Source: Ptychomitrium polyphyllum (Eukaryota). Taken from it: a stretch of 64,000 bases of DNA. Location of the stretch: assembly GCA_973851085.1 (NCBI GenBank), contig OZ316775.1:5766001-5830000 (forward strand). The letters are read 5' to 3'. The notes below the pieces were generated by a model, which was not told the DNA's origin, searched no databases, and saw only the letters and a list, made by a program, of their open reading frames with translations. Position numbers and translations under genes: made by a program. This document shows positions 37,963-51,851 of the stretch, in pieces. How positions within the stretch are numbered: position 1 is the stretch's first letter; each line of letters starts with the position of its first letter.

Positions 37963-38375
37963 GGAAGGCTACTAAAGTAAACTTTTCTATATATGAAGCA
38001 AAGTCAAGAAGAATAATGGAGTTTTAATGGACACGTCAACAATCAGACTACTTTGGCAAATAAGACTCTTTCAAATATGCCACTTCAAAGAGTAACAGAA
38101 AAGTAGTAACAACTATTTACATCCCAATTTCCATCTTCAAGCCATTAGCTTGTTTACTGTGATGAAATTTGATGTACAATGGCTATTAGATAAGTTTATT
38201 TGTTCTAATCAATGCTCATCCTTTCATACAATGGAAGCAATTGTTCTTCTTTTTGAAGTTGATTTGGCTCAATATTCTCAAGCTCCATTCAAACCTCAAG
38301 CTAATAAGTTATATTTTTAGAAAAATAATAATTTATATGACTTTTGATTCAATTGTATAAAGAAAAATTGAATAA

Positions 38376-38592
38376 AGGATAAAGAAAAATTGTTTCAATA
38401 TCAAAAATAACAAAAACTAAGCAAACATATAATAGCAAATTTGGAATTGAATCCAAGCATCACCCATTGGTTCGATACCTGATTCATAACTAGTAAGTTT
38501 TTCTGGACCTTGAGTATTACCAGGTGCTAAAATTTTAGAAATGAAAAAAGTTAGTATAGGAATAAAACTAGCTATTAATAAATAAAAAAACC
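38376..38592 (-). pseudogene. ndhC: Nuclear plastid DNA fragment (NUPT) of ndhC
   Basis: Translates to [68 protein letters not shown], with a frameshift and both ends truncated. Confidence 0.9.
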
Positions 38593-41500
38593 TTCTCTAT
38601 AAGTTCTTAATCTTTAGTTTGTTCAATATTGGAAATAAATTTCTCAATGCATTAATAGCACACATAACATTATTAGTAGAAGTTTTATTAATTTCTTTTT
38701 GTTTGTCATGAATGGAAAACCCTTGTTTTTATCTTAATCTTTTTTTGTATGAAGAGTGTGTTGCATATTGACGTAGTTCACATTAACAACAAGAGCTTGA
38801 AATCTTTAGAGACAGTCAAAGTTAAAGAGGTTATTAGATAAAATGTTTTATAATAAACAAAAACTGAAATACAGGCGAAGAACCAATACCAGTTCCATGG
38901 AAAGTTGCTGAAGAGATAAAAATGCAGCCAAGTGCTTTTTTAGACAATTCTAAATCTTAGAAATGATTCAACAATATAATACTAGGCAACTGGATCCTTC
39001 ATTGGATCACAATATAAAGGTAAATTTTCACTTGAATGCATATTAGTTCATGAATTTTTTTTATGGTGCTTGATTAGGAACTTGTTTTTCAATTATTTCT
39101 CCCTTTCACTAAATCCAAGACTAAAAACAAAATGAATAAAAAATAAAAAATTGGTATTTAATACTTAAAATCAATAACCATATGTGGCAATTGTAAGGAT
39201 TTTTATAAATGAAAATTTCTAAATAGAATATTTTTATCAATGAGCAAGTTTATTTGCCTCAAGTACCTATTCCAAATCTTTTTTCTATATATTCCAAAAT
39301 TTGTTGCAATATATGTTGATTAGAAAAGTGCTTAAATTAATTTATTTAAAGAGATGATATATTAGAGAACCTTGTATTAAAATCTAAGTATTATCATGTT
39401 TTGGTCAAGAGGTTAGTCATGCCTTAATTGGCCATTTTGATGGTATTAAAGAATTTGCTTTAATTGACTTATTAAACCATCTTATTTCTTTAATGATTTT
39501 GTTTGATTTTCCATAAAAATTCTAAAATACGTAATTAATAAAAGAATCACATAATTAAGAATTGAATTTTAGTTGTGAAGCTTTTTATTATTTGAAACCA
39601 AATTCCATATATATTTAATAGTAGATATTTTCTTAGATGTAGATTTTTTATTCAAAATAAATACATATATATATATTGAAAAAATTGTCACAAATAAGTA
39701 CTTCAAGTTACAACACATGTTGTCAAATAAACACCTTTAATAATGTTTGGAAATACTTACACCAAAATTTCAAAAACCCTAACCTTAAACTCCAAGTGGA
39801 GATGTTTTGTATCCAATGGATGACAAACAATAAAGTTGAACAACAAAGCATTAAAAATTTATAATACTCATTTTTTTTGGTTGGTATTTTGATTGAATGC
39901 ACATATGCTATAATAAAAAAATTATGAATAGAGAAACAAGTATATTTTGTAGACAATGAGATTTCTCAAAAACTGTTGGTTGTTACAAAGATAGAAGTTC
40001 TTTGTTCTTACACAATAAGCTATGTTATACATATTAATTGATGTTTTGATTTCTTACTATTAAAACTTAAATAGAAATATATATATGGATACTATGGCAT
40101 TAATATCAAATATAAATTTCTCAATCAATCTAAGATTTAAGAATTGAATGTTATTCATTTAATTTAAAATTCGTTTTATTTTAAATTATGATTTTCATTC
40201 ACTTTATCATAAAATGATCTCAAATTGAACCTCCACTTGTAATTATCATATGGCACTAATACATGACAATTACAATAATGAAATTATGTTCAAAGAGACA
40301 CCTTCATGTATGAGTTCAAAAGAACATCCTTCACCATGGGCTTGGACCCATCTTTGTAAGTTTAATCATTTAGAGCTTACAAGCATAATGAAGTTCTAGG
40401 CATAATGTATTACTGCATTTATCATACTTTATAAATGTATTGCAGTAAATAATTAGCCAACCACAAACTTCTCAAAAAATGATTTTTTATTGGTGTATTG
40501 GAAAAAAACAAGTTAGCTTGGATCCATGTACTTATCAAAGAGACAAACAATTCTTCTGATTGAATTGAAGTTCACTTTTTCTCTAACAGGCACATATCAT
40601 GATTTCTAAAAGTGTTCTCATTCAATGAAATAGTGATATTCTATATAATTATATTATATCAATACAAAAAAATTTAATAAAGTAAAATGACTTGTAAAAT
40701 CAATTCCAATATATTATGAATTTTCTTGAATTTAAATAAAATTTTAAGAATAAATAATAGATTTTTGAGTATTTAAAAACATCTTTTATTGTAAGATTTG
40801 AAAATATAGACTTGTATTTAAATTTTTGGTGATTGCAAAGGTCAAAATCCAAATGTACTTGTAGTCAAGGAAATGCAACTCTAGTCAATGCAATCATGTC
40901 TTTATGTTTGACAATAATAATGATTTTCTTTTAAATAAGTCAAATGTAGTTATAAGATGTTAGTTTTTCTTATTATGCAAGGGCAAATTGTTCTTGGGGT
41001 TGGCAACAAACTTTCATCTTTGATCTAAGTCCTTTAATAATTCAAAACAATGATTTTGTCTACGTAGAGTAAATGAAACAACCTCTAATAATCTTTGTAA
41101 GGTTATTGTAAACCAAATGTAATAATCAATAAAAATTATGTTCTTTAAGTGTAAAATTGTACAATAATAGATTAAATAATCTACATATGCATAAATGAAA
41201 TTAAGAGTCCATGTGAACTTATTATAAATTAATGCATGTTTAAAAGTTAATCCACTTAAAAATTGTTGAATTGAATTAGGTTATTCAAATTACAAATCCA
41301 ACGTGTTTAGAACCTTTTGTATATAAGAATATAGGCAAAGTTATCAATGCTCAAAAAGTTAACCATTAAGGTGTAAGGTTGAACTTCATTTTTCTTTCAT
41401 TCATTTATTTGTTTGTTGTTCATTCATCTTACTTTGTATTATGATTAAAATAAAGGATAGATATTAATTTTAAATAGCATGTCCAACGTTCATCAAATTT

Positions 41501-44500
41501 GGAGTTAGTTTGATAGCATAAGAAAATTCATAACATTCTTATATGGTTTTTTCATGTCTAAATCATCTATTGCTTTCTCCTTCACACTACAAATAAAACT
41601 AAAATTACCTAAGATGACTTCATTTATGTACAATCAAGAAAGCTACATCTTCTTTTATGATATAAATATTAATATAGAATTCAAAATTAATGAGATTTCA
41701 AGCTAGTGCAAAATCATTTGAAATTGATGCTACAAAGTATGGAATGTAATTTGTTTCATCAACCAAGAGTCAATTATCTTTCATTTCTATCTGCTATAAT
41801 TCATTGAAAGTCTTCTCAAACATTGTTCATCATTTGGATTTAGTTTAGAAATTATAGGAATTAATTTTTTTCTTTAATAATTCCTTTTTGAATATTAATT
41901 AGCTTATATTAGCTTTTTCTTGTTGTTATAGAAACACCGCCACTCCACTATCAATTGTTAATTACCTTGGATTTAATTTTGTTTGTTTATGCACTTTCAA
42001 TTTTTTTGATATATTCATGTTGATTAAATTTTATTCATTTTTTAATACATAGGAGCTAAGTAAGAACTTGCCTACAATTATACATAAATTACTTCCAACA
42101 AAAGTATGGCATGTCATACTGGTACTTCAATCTATTATAGGTAATTAGGTATTATTTAAAGGACAATTTCTAGTTGTCATATGAAACAAGCTAATAAGGT
42201 TTGTAAAATTTTATTTTAAAAAAAAACATTATGATTTTTAAGAATACAATAAACATATACATATCATAATTTTTTGCTATGCAATATGTCAATTTTATTA
42301 TAAATACAATTAGAATAAATGACTCCTATTTCATTCCAAATTTTTGATGGTAACATTATTAAATTAATTTGAATTATTTTATATTCAATCTTTCATAATA
42401 TGTAAAACTATAACATTAAGCTTCAATTCATTGACAATTTCTTTGAAATTGCATTGATAGGTTTATTTATTGCTATAATAAATATTTATTCTATTTCATG
42501 AATGCATAATTCAATTGCATTTAATTGCTATAAATTCTAAATGTAATTATATTCAATCTAAAAAAGATACAAAAATTTCATTCTCCTTTAATAAATAAAA
42601 ATAGTAGACAAAATATGCTATTTTGTTAAATGAAGATGAAGAAATCAAAGAATACCTACAAATTGATTTTGAATATGAAATTAAAAGGCTTCCAATTAAT
42701 AAATTTGCTTCCAAAAATCATAAAACTAAACATACCAAAAAAATAATTACTAATAGAATATAGTTTATCTTCCTTTTGTTTTAACTTCCATTATAAAAAA
42801 ATCACAATCATGAAAGCTATAAAAATTTCTATAAATGATCATTTGCAACTAAGAGCATATAGGGTAAATAATCTTAAGAGTTAAAATGAATAAAATTAGG
42901 CTTAAAATGGAATTAAAGTGATATTCAATTTTAATTTTAGTTTAAAAGTAAAATAAATTGGCATTCATATTACTTATTTTACATTCACACCGAAGTTGAT
43001 ACTTTTGCATGGATGATACGTAATTTAAGCTATTTTGATCTTACAATGTACATCATACACACCACTAAATATGAAAATATGGCATATTTACACAAAAATG
43101 ATATTTTATAGGAATTTTTATATCACATATAGCAAACGGATAAAATTTAAAGGATAATTTCTAGATACTTCAAATTTAATGGATTCTTTTATTGTCTAGT
43201 TTTCTATTTTTCTTACAATCTTTATTCTATGTAATCCTTTGATTCTCATTGAATTGTGTGAACATGCAATTTTATAAGATATGTCTTCATTTCAATTAAA
43301 ATTTTGAAAAAAATATATAAGTTAAAAAATAAGACATGTATATGTAAATGAATATGATAGAAAAAATATATAACATTAATATAATTGTGTATAAATTTTA
43401 AAACCAATGTGCAAAAATACATTCTTTTACATCTAAGGTGTACAATACAATTGTCTAAGGATTTGCAATACTCACAAATATACCTATAATATTTATAAAA
43501 AAAAACCCAAAGATAATTAAAATTTTGTGTTCACATTCTTGACAATCGAGAATTTCAATAGAATTCCAATCTAGCATGCCCTTGAATTATATGCATAATT
43601 CTTGCAACTCCAAGTTTTTTACACAAAAAATGAAAAACATGTCTAAAAATATCTCCATTTTTTCATTTAGCTTTTAAAATCTCTTACATAAATCTATAGC
43701 TATCTTTTGTATTTCAAAGATCAGACAATCAACTAAAGACTTTTGCATCATCTAATCTCCTCCTCCATGATATACATGATTTTACGTTTCTAACTTTTAC
43801 CTTTTCAAAAATATTTCACTTCAACATCTTTATATTTAAAAACCACAATTTAATTTGAAACACCATCAATTGTCACTAGCACACTTATTACTACATAAAG
43901 AATCTTCATTCTAAACAATAATCTTTAATGTGATATTTTAAACACCTTGCAGATTTTACAAATTTTCAAACTTTTAATAGAAACAAAATTAAAGAATGGT
44001 AAAGAGTGAGGCTATAGAGAGATGCCCTAAAGCACTATTATTCAATTTCATCTACTATTTGTAGATATTATGAAAAAATTGTCATTTAATCTTAATAAAC
44101 CACATTCCAATACTTAAGCCTTCGATTAAAAAATCTTAACATTCTTATCTTTGAGAAAATTTTGGAACCAATATATATAAATATGAGGCATTTCTTAACA
44201 ACTTATATAAATAACATTGGATTGTATCTTAATTGCTATATATTACCTCCAATTCTTTATAAATTTTTTGATACTATAAATTAGCACCTCTTGCATATAA
44301 TTCATTAAATTTCCTAAGAACATTACTTTCCCTTGAGCAAATTCAACACGAAAGATGATGTAAGCATGATTAGGAGTTATAGGATTATTTTGACTCCTTT
44401 AATTTGGAAGATATAGACTAATCTTAGCATTAAGGAACATAATCTAAAAATGGTCACACCAATGGTTCCTTTATTTCTACAATCAATGGAATTAGCAAAA

Positions 44501-45589
44501 ATATGAAAGAAAGAAAAAATTTATCCTTGGAAAAAAACACTTCATTGTTGGGAGAATAAAGTTGGGCTAAGTTATCCCTTTCTTGTACCCCTGGTACTCT
44601 CCCATGGTGCGAATGGGCCATAGGAGGAACAATGGCATCAACCACTATGAGGAAATGACAAAGATGCCGAAGTTTACACGTGGGATGGCGTGTCGCTGCA
44701 GACTCAAATATTCCGCCCATGCAAGTTAACCAAGCAAGCAAAGACTTACGTTAGCTAAGCTAGAGATGATGGCAGCCGTGAGATCGATGCAAGCCGTGAT
44801 GTCGGGGAACAAGCACCGGCACCTGACCGTCGTCAAACTAGTGGAAAGCGATGGCGGTGACTCACAACTTGGCAGCACATTCAGCTCAGAGCTTTGTCAT
44901 GGAGCTCACTTTCAGATCGGAAGGACTTCTGATCATTTTCCATCGTAGCCTGACTTTCACTCTGTGCAGTTGCTCGCCGTGAATCGCTGCCACTTGCGTT
45001 CAGTTTCTTAAAGGTGGAAAGTACATGACGATGAATTGAGATTAATCGTGTGTTTGAGCAGCTCATGCATGGGACCTTACCGTGCTCTGTACAAAGAGGT
45101 TGTTTGCAGGTCATCTTTCGGTCTTTTGATTGGCACATCGTCAGCGTGTGTAGGTAGGCCGGATGGTGCTACTTCTGAAGAGCAGCTCTTCTTTGAAAGT
45201 CAGTTGTGGACGGAGTTGGGGTTGAAGCATTCTTGAATGACGTTGTTGAACTGTTCATGAATGCTTGTTGTGTAGAAGTTGCGAATGGGTGCTCGACGCG
45301 TTTTTCTTTGACTCTGAAAGATGTTTCTTTAGAGTTGGCGAATCTCAGATGTTGGTGTGATGCAGTCGGTTGGAATTTACTGGTTGATCAGTTCGATATT
45401 GCTGTTGTGATTTTCTTCTCCATATCTTCAGGGGCGTTGCAACCCTAGTATGGATTGTACGGATCTCATGCCACGATTCTCCAGGTCTTTCATCTACTAT
45501 TTGCTTTTATGATGCCTGATTCTTCTTTGTTGGATCTTCTGGAACTGCAGGGGATATAAGTGGTCGGAGTTCTCCCACATTCGTGCTCC

Positions 45590-47147
45590 ATGATGCCGCT
45601 TGTTTTTCGTAAACCTCTCCAGGTGCACCTCCAATTATACCTATCAAAGTTAGGTCTAATTCAAAAAATGATTTTGTGGCTCTGCACATTGACAAAAAAA
45701 CTTACAGACACACTGTGATGCCTGCAGCCGTCAAAAAACTGTTCAAGTATCACCTCCATGAATTGCCAGAATGTGAGCTGCGGGTTTGAGCAGACGGTGA
45801 TCATCCCGTTGGTTACAAGAAACAGAATTGGAAATATTTTAAGGAGTAGAAAATCTGTTTGTGAAACTCGGTTACCTGTTGTGAGAAGATGGGAAGAGGG
45901 AGGGCTGCGAGCGACTCTGTTGCCGAAAGCAGAGGATTTTCGGCCGATTCTTCGAGAAATTTCTTCGAAGCGGGTGGTTTGTTCATGTAAGTAATGTTTC
46001 GATTTCCTTCTTTCGTTTGTACGCCGCCGAATTCTCAGGGATTGTGATTGGCCTGACAAGCTCCTCAGAGATCTGGAACACATATTGACTAATTCCTTCC
46101 CTTTCTTTCCACTTACCTTTCGAGTTTGTGAACACTTGAATCGCAGTTTATATTGGAACTCTAGAGTTTGCATTTAAGACTTTCATGTGGTGTTATTTAG
46201 TTCGTTTGCAAGCGGCCAGCAGTGTACAAATAGCAAATGTACTGTTCACACTCGGCACGGCATTTGTTATACCGTTCTACACTCTCACGATTTTTGCCCC
46301 TAAGTGGAAATGGGTACGTCCTTCTCGCTTTGAGCGTTCCCCTTTTGAATAATTTGGTAGTTTTCTGAGTTAGTAGGTGAAATTTATCCAAGTACGTCAC
46401 TTCATTACTTTTTGTTTATTCAACCCTAAACTTGGACAGACCAAGAAGATTGTGGAAAGCGATTTGCCATTTCTTTTGATGGGCTCGATGTATATCTACC
46501 TTCTCACACTATCGTGGACTCCGGAAACTACTGGTTTTCTGTTTGCGAGCAAGTACTATCTCCCTGAGGCAAGTCAATTCTTTCTGTTCTTTCACATTTG
46601 GCCATTACATCAGATGGTAGAAGCCCTGTCAAAGCTTCAAGATTCATGTCTTGTGTGTCTCTTTGTTGGAAATTTGGGTCCTACTGTAAGAGTTTGCTTG
46701 CTCACTTGCTAACTCGCTGGCATGGATTGATATGGGAAAGCAGCTTCCAGGCATTACACGCATGTTTTCAAGCACCATCACGGTTGCCTCAGCTTGGATC
46801 CACTTGCTTGTAGCTGACCTGTTTTGCGGCCGGTAAGTGTCAACAAAGCAATTAGTGTCATGTTTTTGCTGTTTATTCTGTTCTTGAGAACACATGATCA
46901 GTGTTAACTACTGAGGTTTTTCGTTCACTCGCTCATGTTTTAAAAGAATAACACGCTTCGACTGTTGTGTAGGTACGTATTTCTAGAGGGTCTACAGCAC
47001 AAAGTTGAGACGCGTCACTCTCTTGTATTATGCCTCATGATGTGCCCTGTCGGCATCATTACTCATTTAATAACTAAGGTACCCTCTCCCACTACACTAA
47101 CACATCAAAATGTAAGATTGCAATTTTTCATGATGGGCATGTGTTGA
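45590..47147 (+). CDS. ABA4: ABA DEFICIENT 4-like plastid membrane protein (neoxanthin synthesis, DUF4281)
   Basis: Exons 45590-45622 (tentative), 45728-45986, 46201-46313, 46440-46568, 46744-46832, 46973-47147 (or a donor at 47079 to an unresolved last exon). They give [89 protein letters not shown]. Confidence 0.9.
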
Positions 47148-47191
47148 AACAGAAGATAACTTGTAAGGTATCAATCTGAATTACTACTATG

Positions 47192-47253
47192 CTAAAAGCA
47201 GTTAATTATCTAAAAACAGTTAATCATCTAAAAGCAGTTAATTATCTAAAAGC
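47192..47253 (+). repeat. 18-bp tandem repeat x3.4
   Basis: CTAAAAGCAGTTAATTAT units at 47192, 47210, 47228 and 47246. Confidence 0.85.
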
Positions 47254-48674
47254 TCGAAGCAAATTTATTTGAAAGCCTAAAAATATAACACTTCAGTGTT
47301 TCATACTGATGGCTCATGTTCCGTATCTCATTCAAAGAGGAACACACCTTACTCCATAACCGAGCCAAGTCAAGCATAATATCCTCTTTCGCAACTGGGT
47401 AAGTGGAACTTCGATTTTTTTGCTATCCTCTCTCAAGCCATGGAATGTACAGGAGGACACCACGAAATCCCGATATCCCAATTTCTACTAATAGCTTGGA
47501 GAAGCAACCTAGTATTATCACAAAACTTCTCCTGCTACACAAGGGTATCGGTTAATTTATCGGTGCAAAACACTAGGTAATCAGTTAATGCGTGTACATT
47601 TCTAACAAGCAAGCAGGTCTCATAACTTAGAAACATAATGCTATAGCTTAAAGTGTATATTAAAGGTCAAGATGATGGTGAAGCTCATACTTTTGTAATT
47701 ACATTATTACTCTTCAGGAATACAAAGTTAGTAACCATGGTGGAAAGTCACTCTGGATATAAAACTAGTATTGTTACTCACGAAAAGTTTTACTAGCCGT
47801 TAAGCTCAATTTGGTTTGACCTGTTGGTTAATAGCAGAGGAAGAAGACTCATGTAAGTACTCTAAGATGTTTCAACCTCCAGGTGATCACGTCCTTTACA
47901 CGGCCCATTGATGGTGAGAGCGCAACAGAAATGGCAAAAGCTTTGGTGTAGAAAGAGTGCTGCTTTGCCTTCTCCAACGTTTCCCTAGCCTTCCTTTGAA
48001 ATATAACGGACACAAGTATCTTAGAAAGATATACCACTTGGAATTCAAGTAAGGTCTAATACTTTTATTGTACCACACGAGAGTAGATTTCGAGTTCATC
48101 GAATGATAGTATATAGAGTTTGATAAAATTAAATAGACATTACTAAAAAAACATTTATATGATTCTTAAAATAAGAAAGCTTATTTTACCTTGATTGTGT
48201 AGATTATAAAGGTGATCCGTCTTCACTAACGAAGGTTGTAGCACCCTACAAATTCCATGATTTCTTGTGTACATTTTTATTAAAATATCAATAATCAAAA
48301 CTTTTTTTTGTTTCTTCATGTTGGACTCTGTTTTTGGTTACCAAAGTCATCCCTTTCACCTGTCACCTTTCACCTCAACAACACCATTTCAACATGCAAG
48401 TGAGGAACATGAAGAAGTCATGTTTGGATTATAATCCATATCTTGTTTCTGAGGAAATATCGTGGTTCAAAACTGAGGGTCAGTGTTAAGTATGATGAAC
48501 TTTTGTTTCTTCAAAACTGGTAGAACTTGCTGTAAACCAATGGTAGCAGAAGTACGAGCCTTCAAGAAAGTTGTCATTCACAGCCATGTGTCTGGAAATG
48601 AGTATTGCAGTAAGACCTCGTCATTGTGTCAATGTATAAAACAGAGACGCTAAGCAGCGGGGTATCAGCAATAC

Positions 48675-49265
48675 TTATTGATTCGTCTTGTTCATACCAA
48701 TTACCTACAGGACATGGAACACATGGAAATTATCTTGGATTCTCGTGTGCACTTTTTAATTCAGTGGCCATTTTCCCTGATGATGCCTGGAATTAGTAAT
48801 GATCTTCGTGGAATTATTGGTGTGGTCAGGGATTAACGGCAATACCTTGCACAGTTCAACCAGGGAAAGGATCCGGGGACCAGAGATAATCTCCCTGTGG
48901 AAGAGGGGCTGTAGGATTGGCACAGCTTCAAAGGTGTTGAAAATTCATACAAATCACAGGTGGGAACGATACCCCTTTCCCTCACTCTCGAATGTCTTTC
49001 TCGTAAGCAGTTTGTATACATGAGGCGAATCATTGCATGCACAGACCGACCTCAAACCACACGTTGGCTCTCAGCTAACTGCATACACCTGATCTTGTGA
49101 TATTGTACTGCAGGAAGAAGTGTCATCACAATAGGCTCAATTCGTTAACTTGTAATTAATATCCACCCGAATCAACTGAAGAACACGAAAGAGCTGGATT
49201 AGAAACACCGGCACCAGGAACGACGTCAGCAGAGCTCCAAAATAAGTCTTCAGTAGAAACCTCAT
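48675..49265 (-). CDS. Putative spliced microprotein gene with 5-nt and 19-nt micro-exons (38 aa model)
   Basis: Exons 49265-49261 (ATGAG), 49107-49089, 48908-48846 and 48704-48675 are each preceded by a pyrimidine-rich YAG, and the first three end at GT. Product: MSTISQDQPLFHREIISGPRILSLVELCKVIGMNKTNQ. Frame and start are uncertain, and the transcript could be non-coding. Confidence 0.35.
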
Positions 49266-50738
49266 CTGGAAGACGAACAAGAAAATAATCAAGAACTATC
49301 CACCGCACTTCAAACCATGAGCCACGCAATCACTTGCGCACCACTCCAACACAAAACCCACTGATCAGCAAACCTCCCAATCGCAATAAACCTGTTCCAC
49401 ATCATCTGTAACCAACTGTATTCTGCCAATTGTCCAGCAACAAGCCTGCAACCATCGATTCTCCAGAAACCTCCTAACCGTTCCGAAACAAACAGATCAT
49501 TCCACAAATGCATGTCCATTGCAGCTCACCGAGAAATCCACCTCAACCCAGAGAAGTAGGGAACCAAAAGCCAGTCACGCAACATTGTTCCTAGCTTCCG
49601 CCATTACAGCCACTTCTTGACCGCAGCCAAAGAAGAGACTCACTCGGTATCGAAATCATTCAACTTTAATCCGCTACTTGATTTTCCACCTGACTCCTTC
49701 CCCATCAGCCTCGACCGAGGTTTCCCTCAAGCACCTGGAAAAACATGAGCAAGAGAAACTCCGCAACTTGATGCAGATCGTACTATCGTCCTCCTGATCT
49801 CGCTCTTCAGCCTCCGCCCCAATATTACTCCGCTGATCTTTCCGATACCCCGCCGTCCTGCAAGCCCTGATGCCCCTGATCTTAGAGACAATCCTCACAA
49901 AACCATGCATCGCCATCCGCAGTCATTTTCTACTAGAAAAACAGAGCCGCCAACAGCCGCATGGTCTCATCCGCCCCCCCAAGGTCTCATCCACTCGGTC
50001 AATGGTCTCATTCACTCTTTCAAGGGTCTCATCCATGAGTATTCATCGGCCACTGGTCAGACGCGACAAACGCGCTTGAACCCGTTTAGGTCTACATCCG
50101 GATCTGAGATGAATTTGTTTTGCGGAATTATGGGCGGGTTTGGGACTATAGTGAGTTGATATTAGTTGGGAAGCGGGAGGGATCGAATGCTTGACAGAGC
50201 AGCCGCCACGCGGCGGCGCGTCAAGTGCTCCGAAACTGAAGCATTCCATCGAAGAGTACTTGGCTCTGAATGAATCTTATGGCGAACGCATCTGAGCCGC
50301 ATGCGAAGTGAACGGTTGGGGAATTTTGGACGTGGGGGCCGTCGATCTGATATTTCGTTTAGAAGAGTAAAATCTGAGGCGTTGGATGATGGTGAGGTAT
50401 GGGCTCTTTTCTGGACTTACTGCCATAGTCCTTGCTGTATCAAGGGTACTAGAATAGCAGATCTTTTCAGTTTGGGACCTACAGGAAGTTTGGTGGATTT
50501 TATCATATTTAACTTAATTGAATGCAAGCTTTTACATGCTTGTACATATCTGTTGCTTTTCCAGGATTTTTGACGGGGGTAACATATTGTTTGGATATGT
50601 TTGCAGATATCGTACTCATTTGGAGTCATAGTCATCTCCTTGTGACGTGGACCCGGTGCTTTCGTATTGCTTTGAAAGAGTCTCATACAGACCCCACCCA
50701 TCGTAGAATCTTCTTCTTTTTTCCTGGCCCACGAATGA

Positions 50739-50809
50739 AATATACTGTGACCCCCAATATACTATGACCCCCAATATACTATGACCCCCAATATACTATG
50801 ACCCCCAAT
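50739..50809 (+). repeat. 17-bp tandem repeat x4
   Basis: AATATACTATGACCCCC units. Confidence 0.9.
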
Positions 50810-51651
50810 TTGTATCCGTAATTTAAAACATTTCTTATCTTTTCTTTTTCTTTGGCGGAGAAGGATCTTAAGTACTAACTTATCAAATTCTTGTTTCTTT
50901 AAGCAGAAGACGAAATGTATGTGCAAATAGTTTTTTTTAGTTTGAAAGTTTTTTTTTCAAAAAATATATGCATAGATTTCTTTAGCATGAAACCAAAACA
51001 CAGTTATATACTTTCTAAGTAGACCCCTTTGATTTTATATAACCTTAATACGTAATTTCATAAAGCAATTGTAAGAAAAGGCAAATGCCCCAAAATAGAA
51101 ATTCAATTAAAAGCCGATAAACAAGGTGACTCCATAAAGAGTGGCATTTGGTACATACAAAAGTTCAAATGGGTTTAAGATCCATGGTAAATAAATTTCA
51201 AGCTTTACAAACATGTTTACACTAAAATAAGAAATCATATGAAATAATGCAAAGATTAAGAACTATCTACTTCAACTACATTACATTGTTTTTAGTTTTT
51301 TTTCCCGTTCTATGATATTTTTATGTGTTTGTTGGAATTAAAGTTCTTCAAAAAAAAATTGGTAGTACAAAGAATCATTCAACTCATGCATATCAGCTGG
51401 AATGATTAGTACTGTCGCCGGGTTTCAACTGTAAGATAGAGTTCATTACTTCTGTTTACAATCTTGGGTATTCCCCTTTATGAGGTTATTGCCTCTTGGT
51501 GTTTCATATAAGGTATCCATGGGCAGGCAGTGGAGCTGTACAGAGCTTTTGCTCCAGGTCGTAGTCTGTGGCCTTTCTGTTTCTTAATCAGATTCATACA
51601 TAGTTTCTTGATTATGAATTTAAAGGAATTACATAGATCAATATACATCAT

Positions 51652-51851
51652 CTACAAAAACTCTCACCAAATACCTTCAAACTATATCTGTGGCAATTGT
51701 ACTGATTAATGCACGGTGCCATTTGTCCAAAGGCCCAATTGAAGAAAAGACTACAAAAACTCTCACCAAATACCTTCAAACCATATTTGTGGCAATTGTA
51801 CTTGTTAATGCACGGTGCCATTTGTCCAAGGGCCCAATTGAAGAAAAGACT
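51652..51851 (+). repeat. 99-bp tandem duplication
   Basis: ctacaaaaactctcacc...gaagaaaaga at 51652 and 51751, with few mismatches. Confidence 0.9.

Noticed and set aside
45889..45986. MGRGR... start suggestive of a MADS box
   Set aside because: No MADS motif follows, and the frame conflicts with the ABA4 reading frame.
45661..46173. 170-aa minus-strand ORF
   Set aside because: Antisense to ABA4 exon 2 and its introns; no family features.
46614..46685. In-frame 72-nt cassette exon inside the ABA4 GC-AG intron
   Set aside because: The flanking introns would be only 45 and 58 nt, and the insertion would split a conserved region.
48856..48858. Single in-frame TGA as selenocysteine
   Set aside because: Land plants lack the Sec machinery; no SECIS or redox motif is visible.
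49071..49129. C box (GTGATGA) and D box (CTGA) pair on the minus strand, possible snoRNA
   Set aside because: Short, lacks a terminal stem and a recognisable guide, and overlaps a predicted exon.
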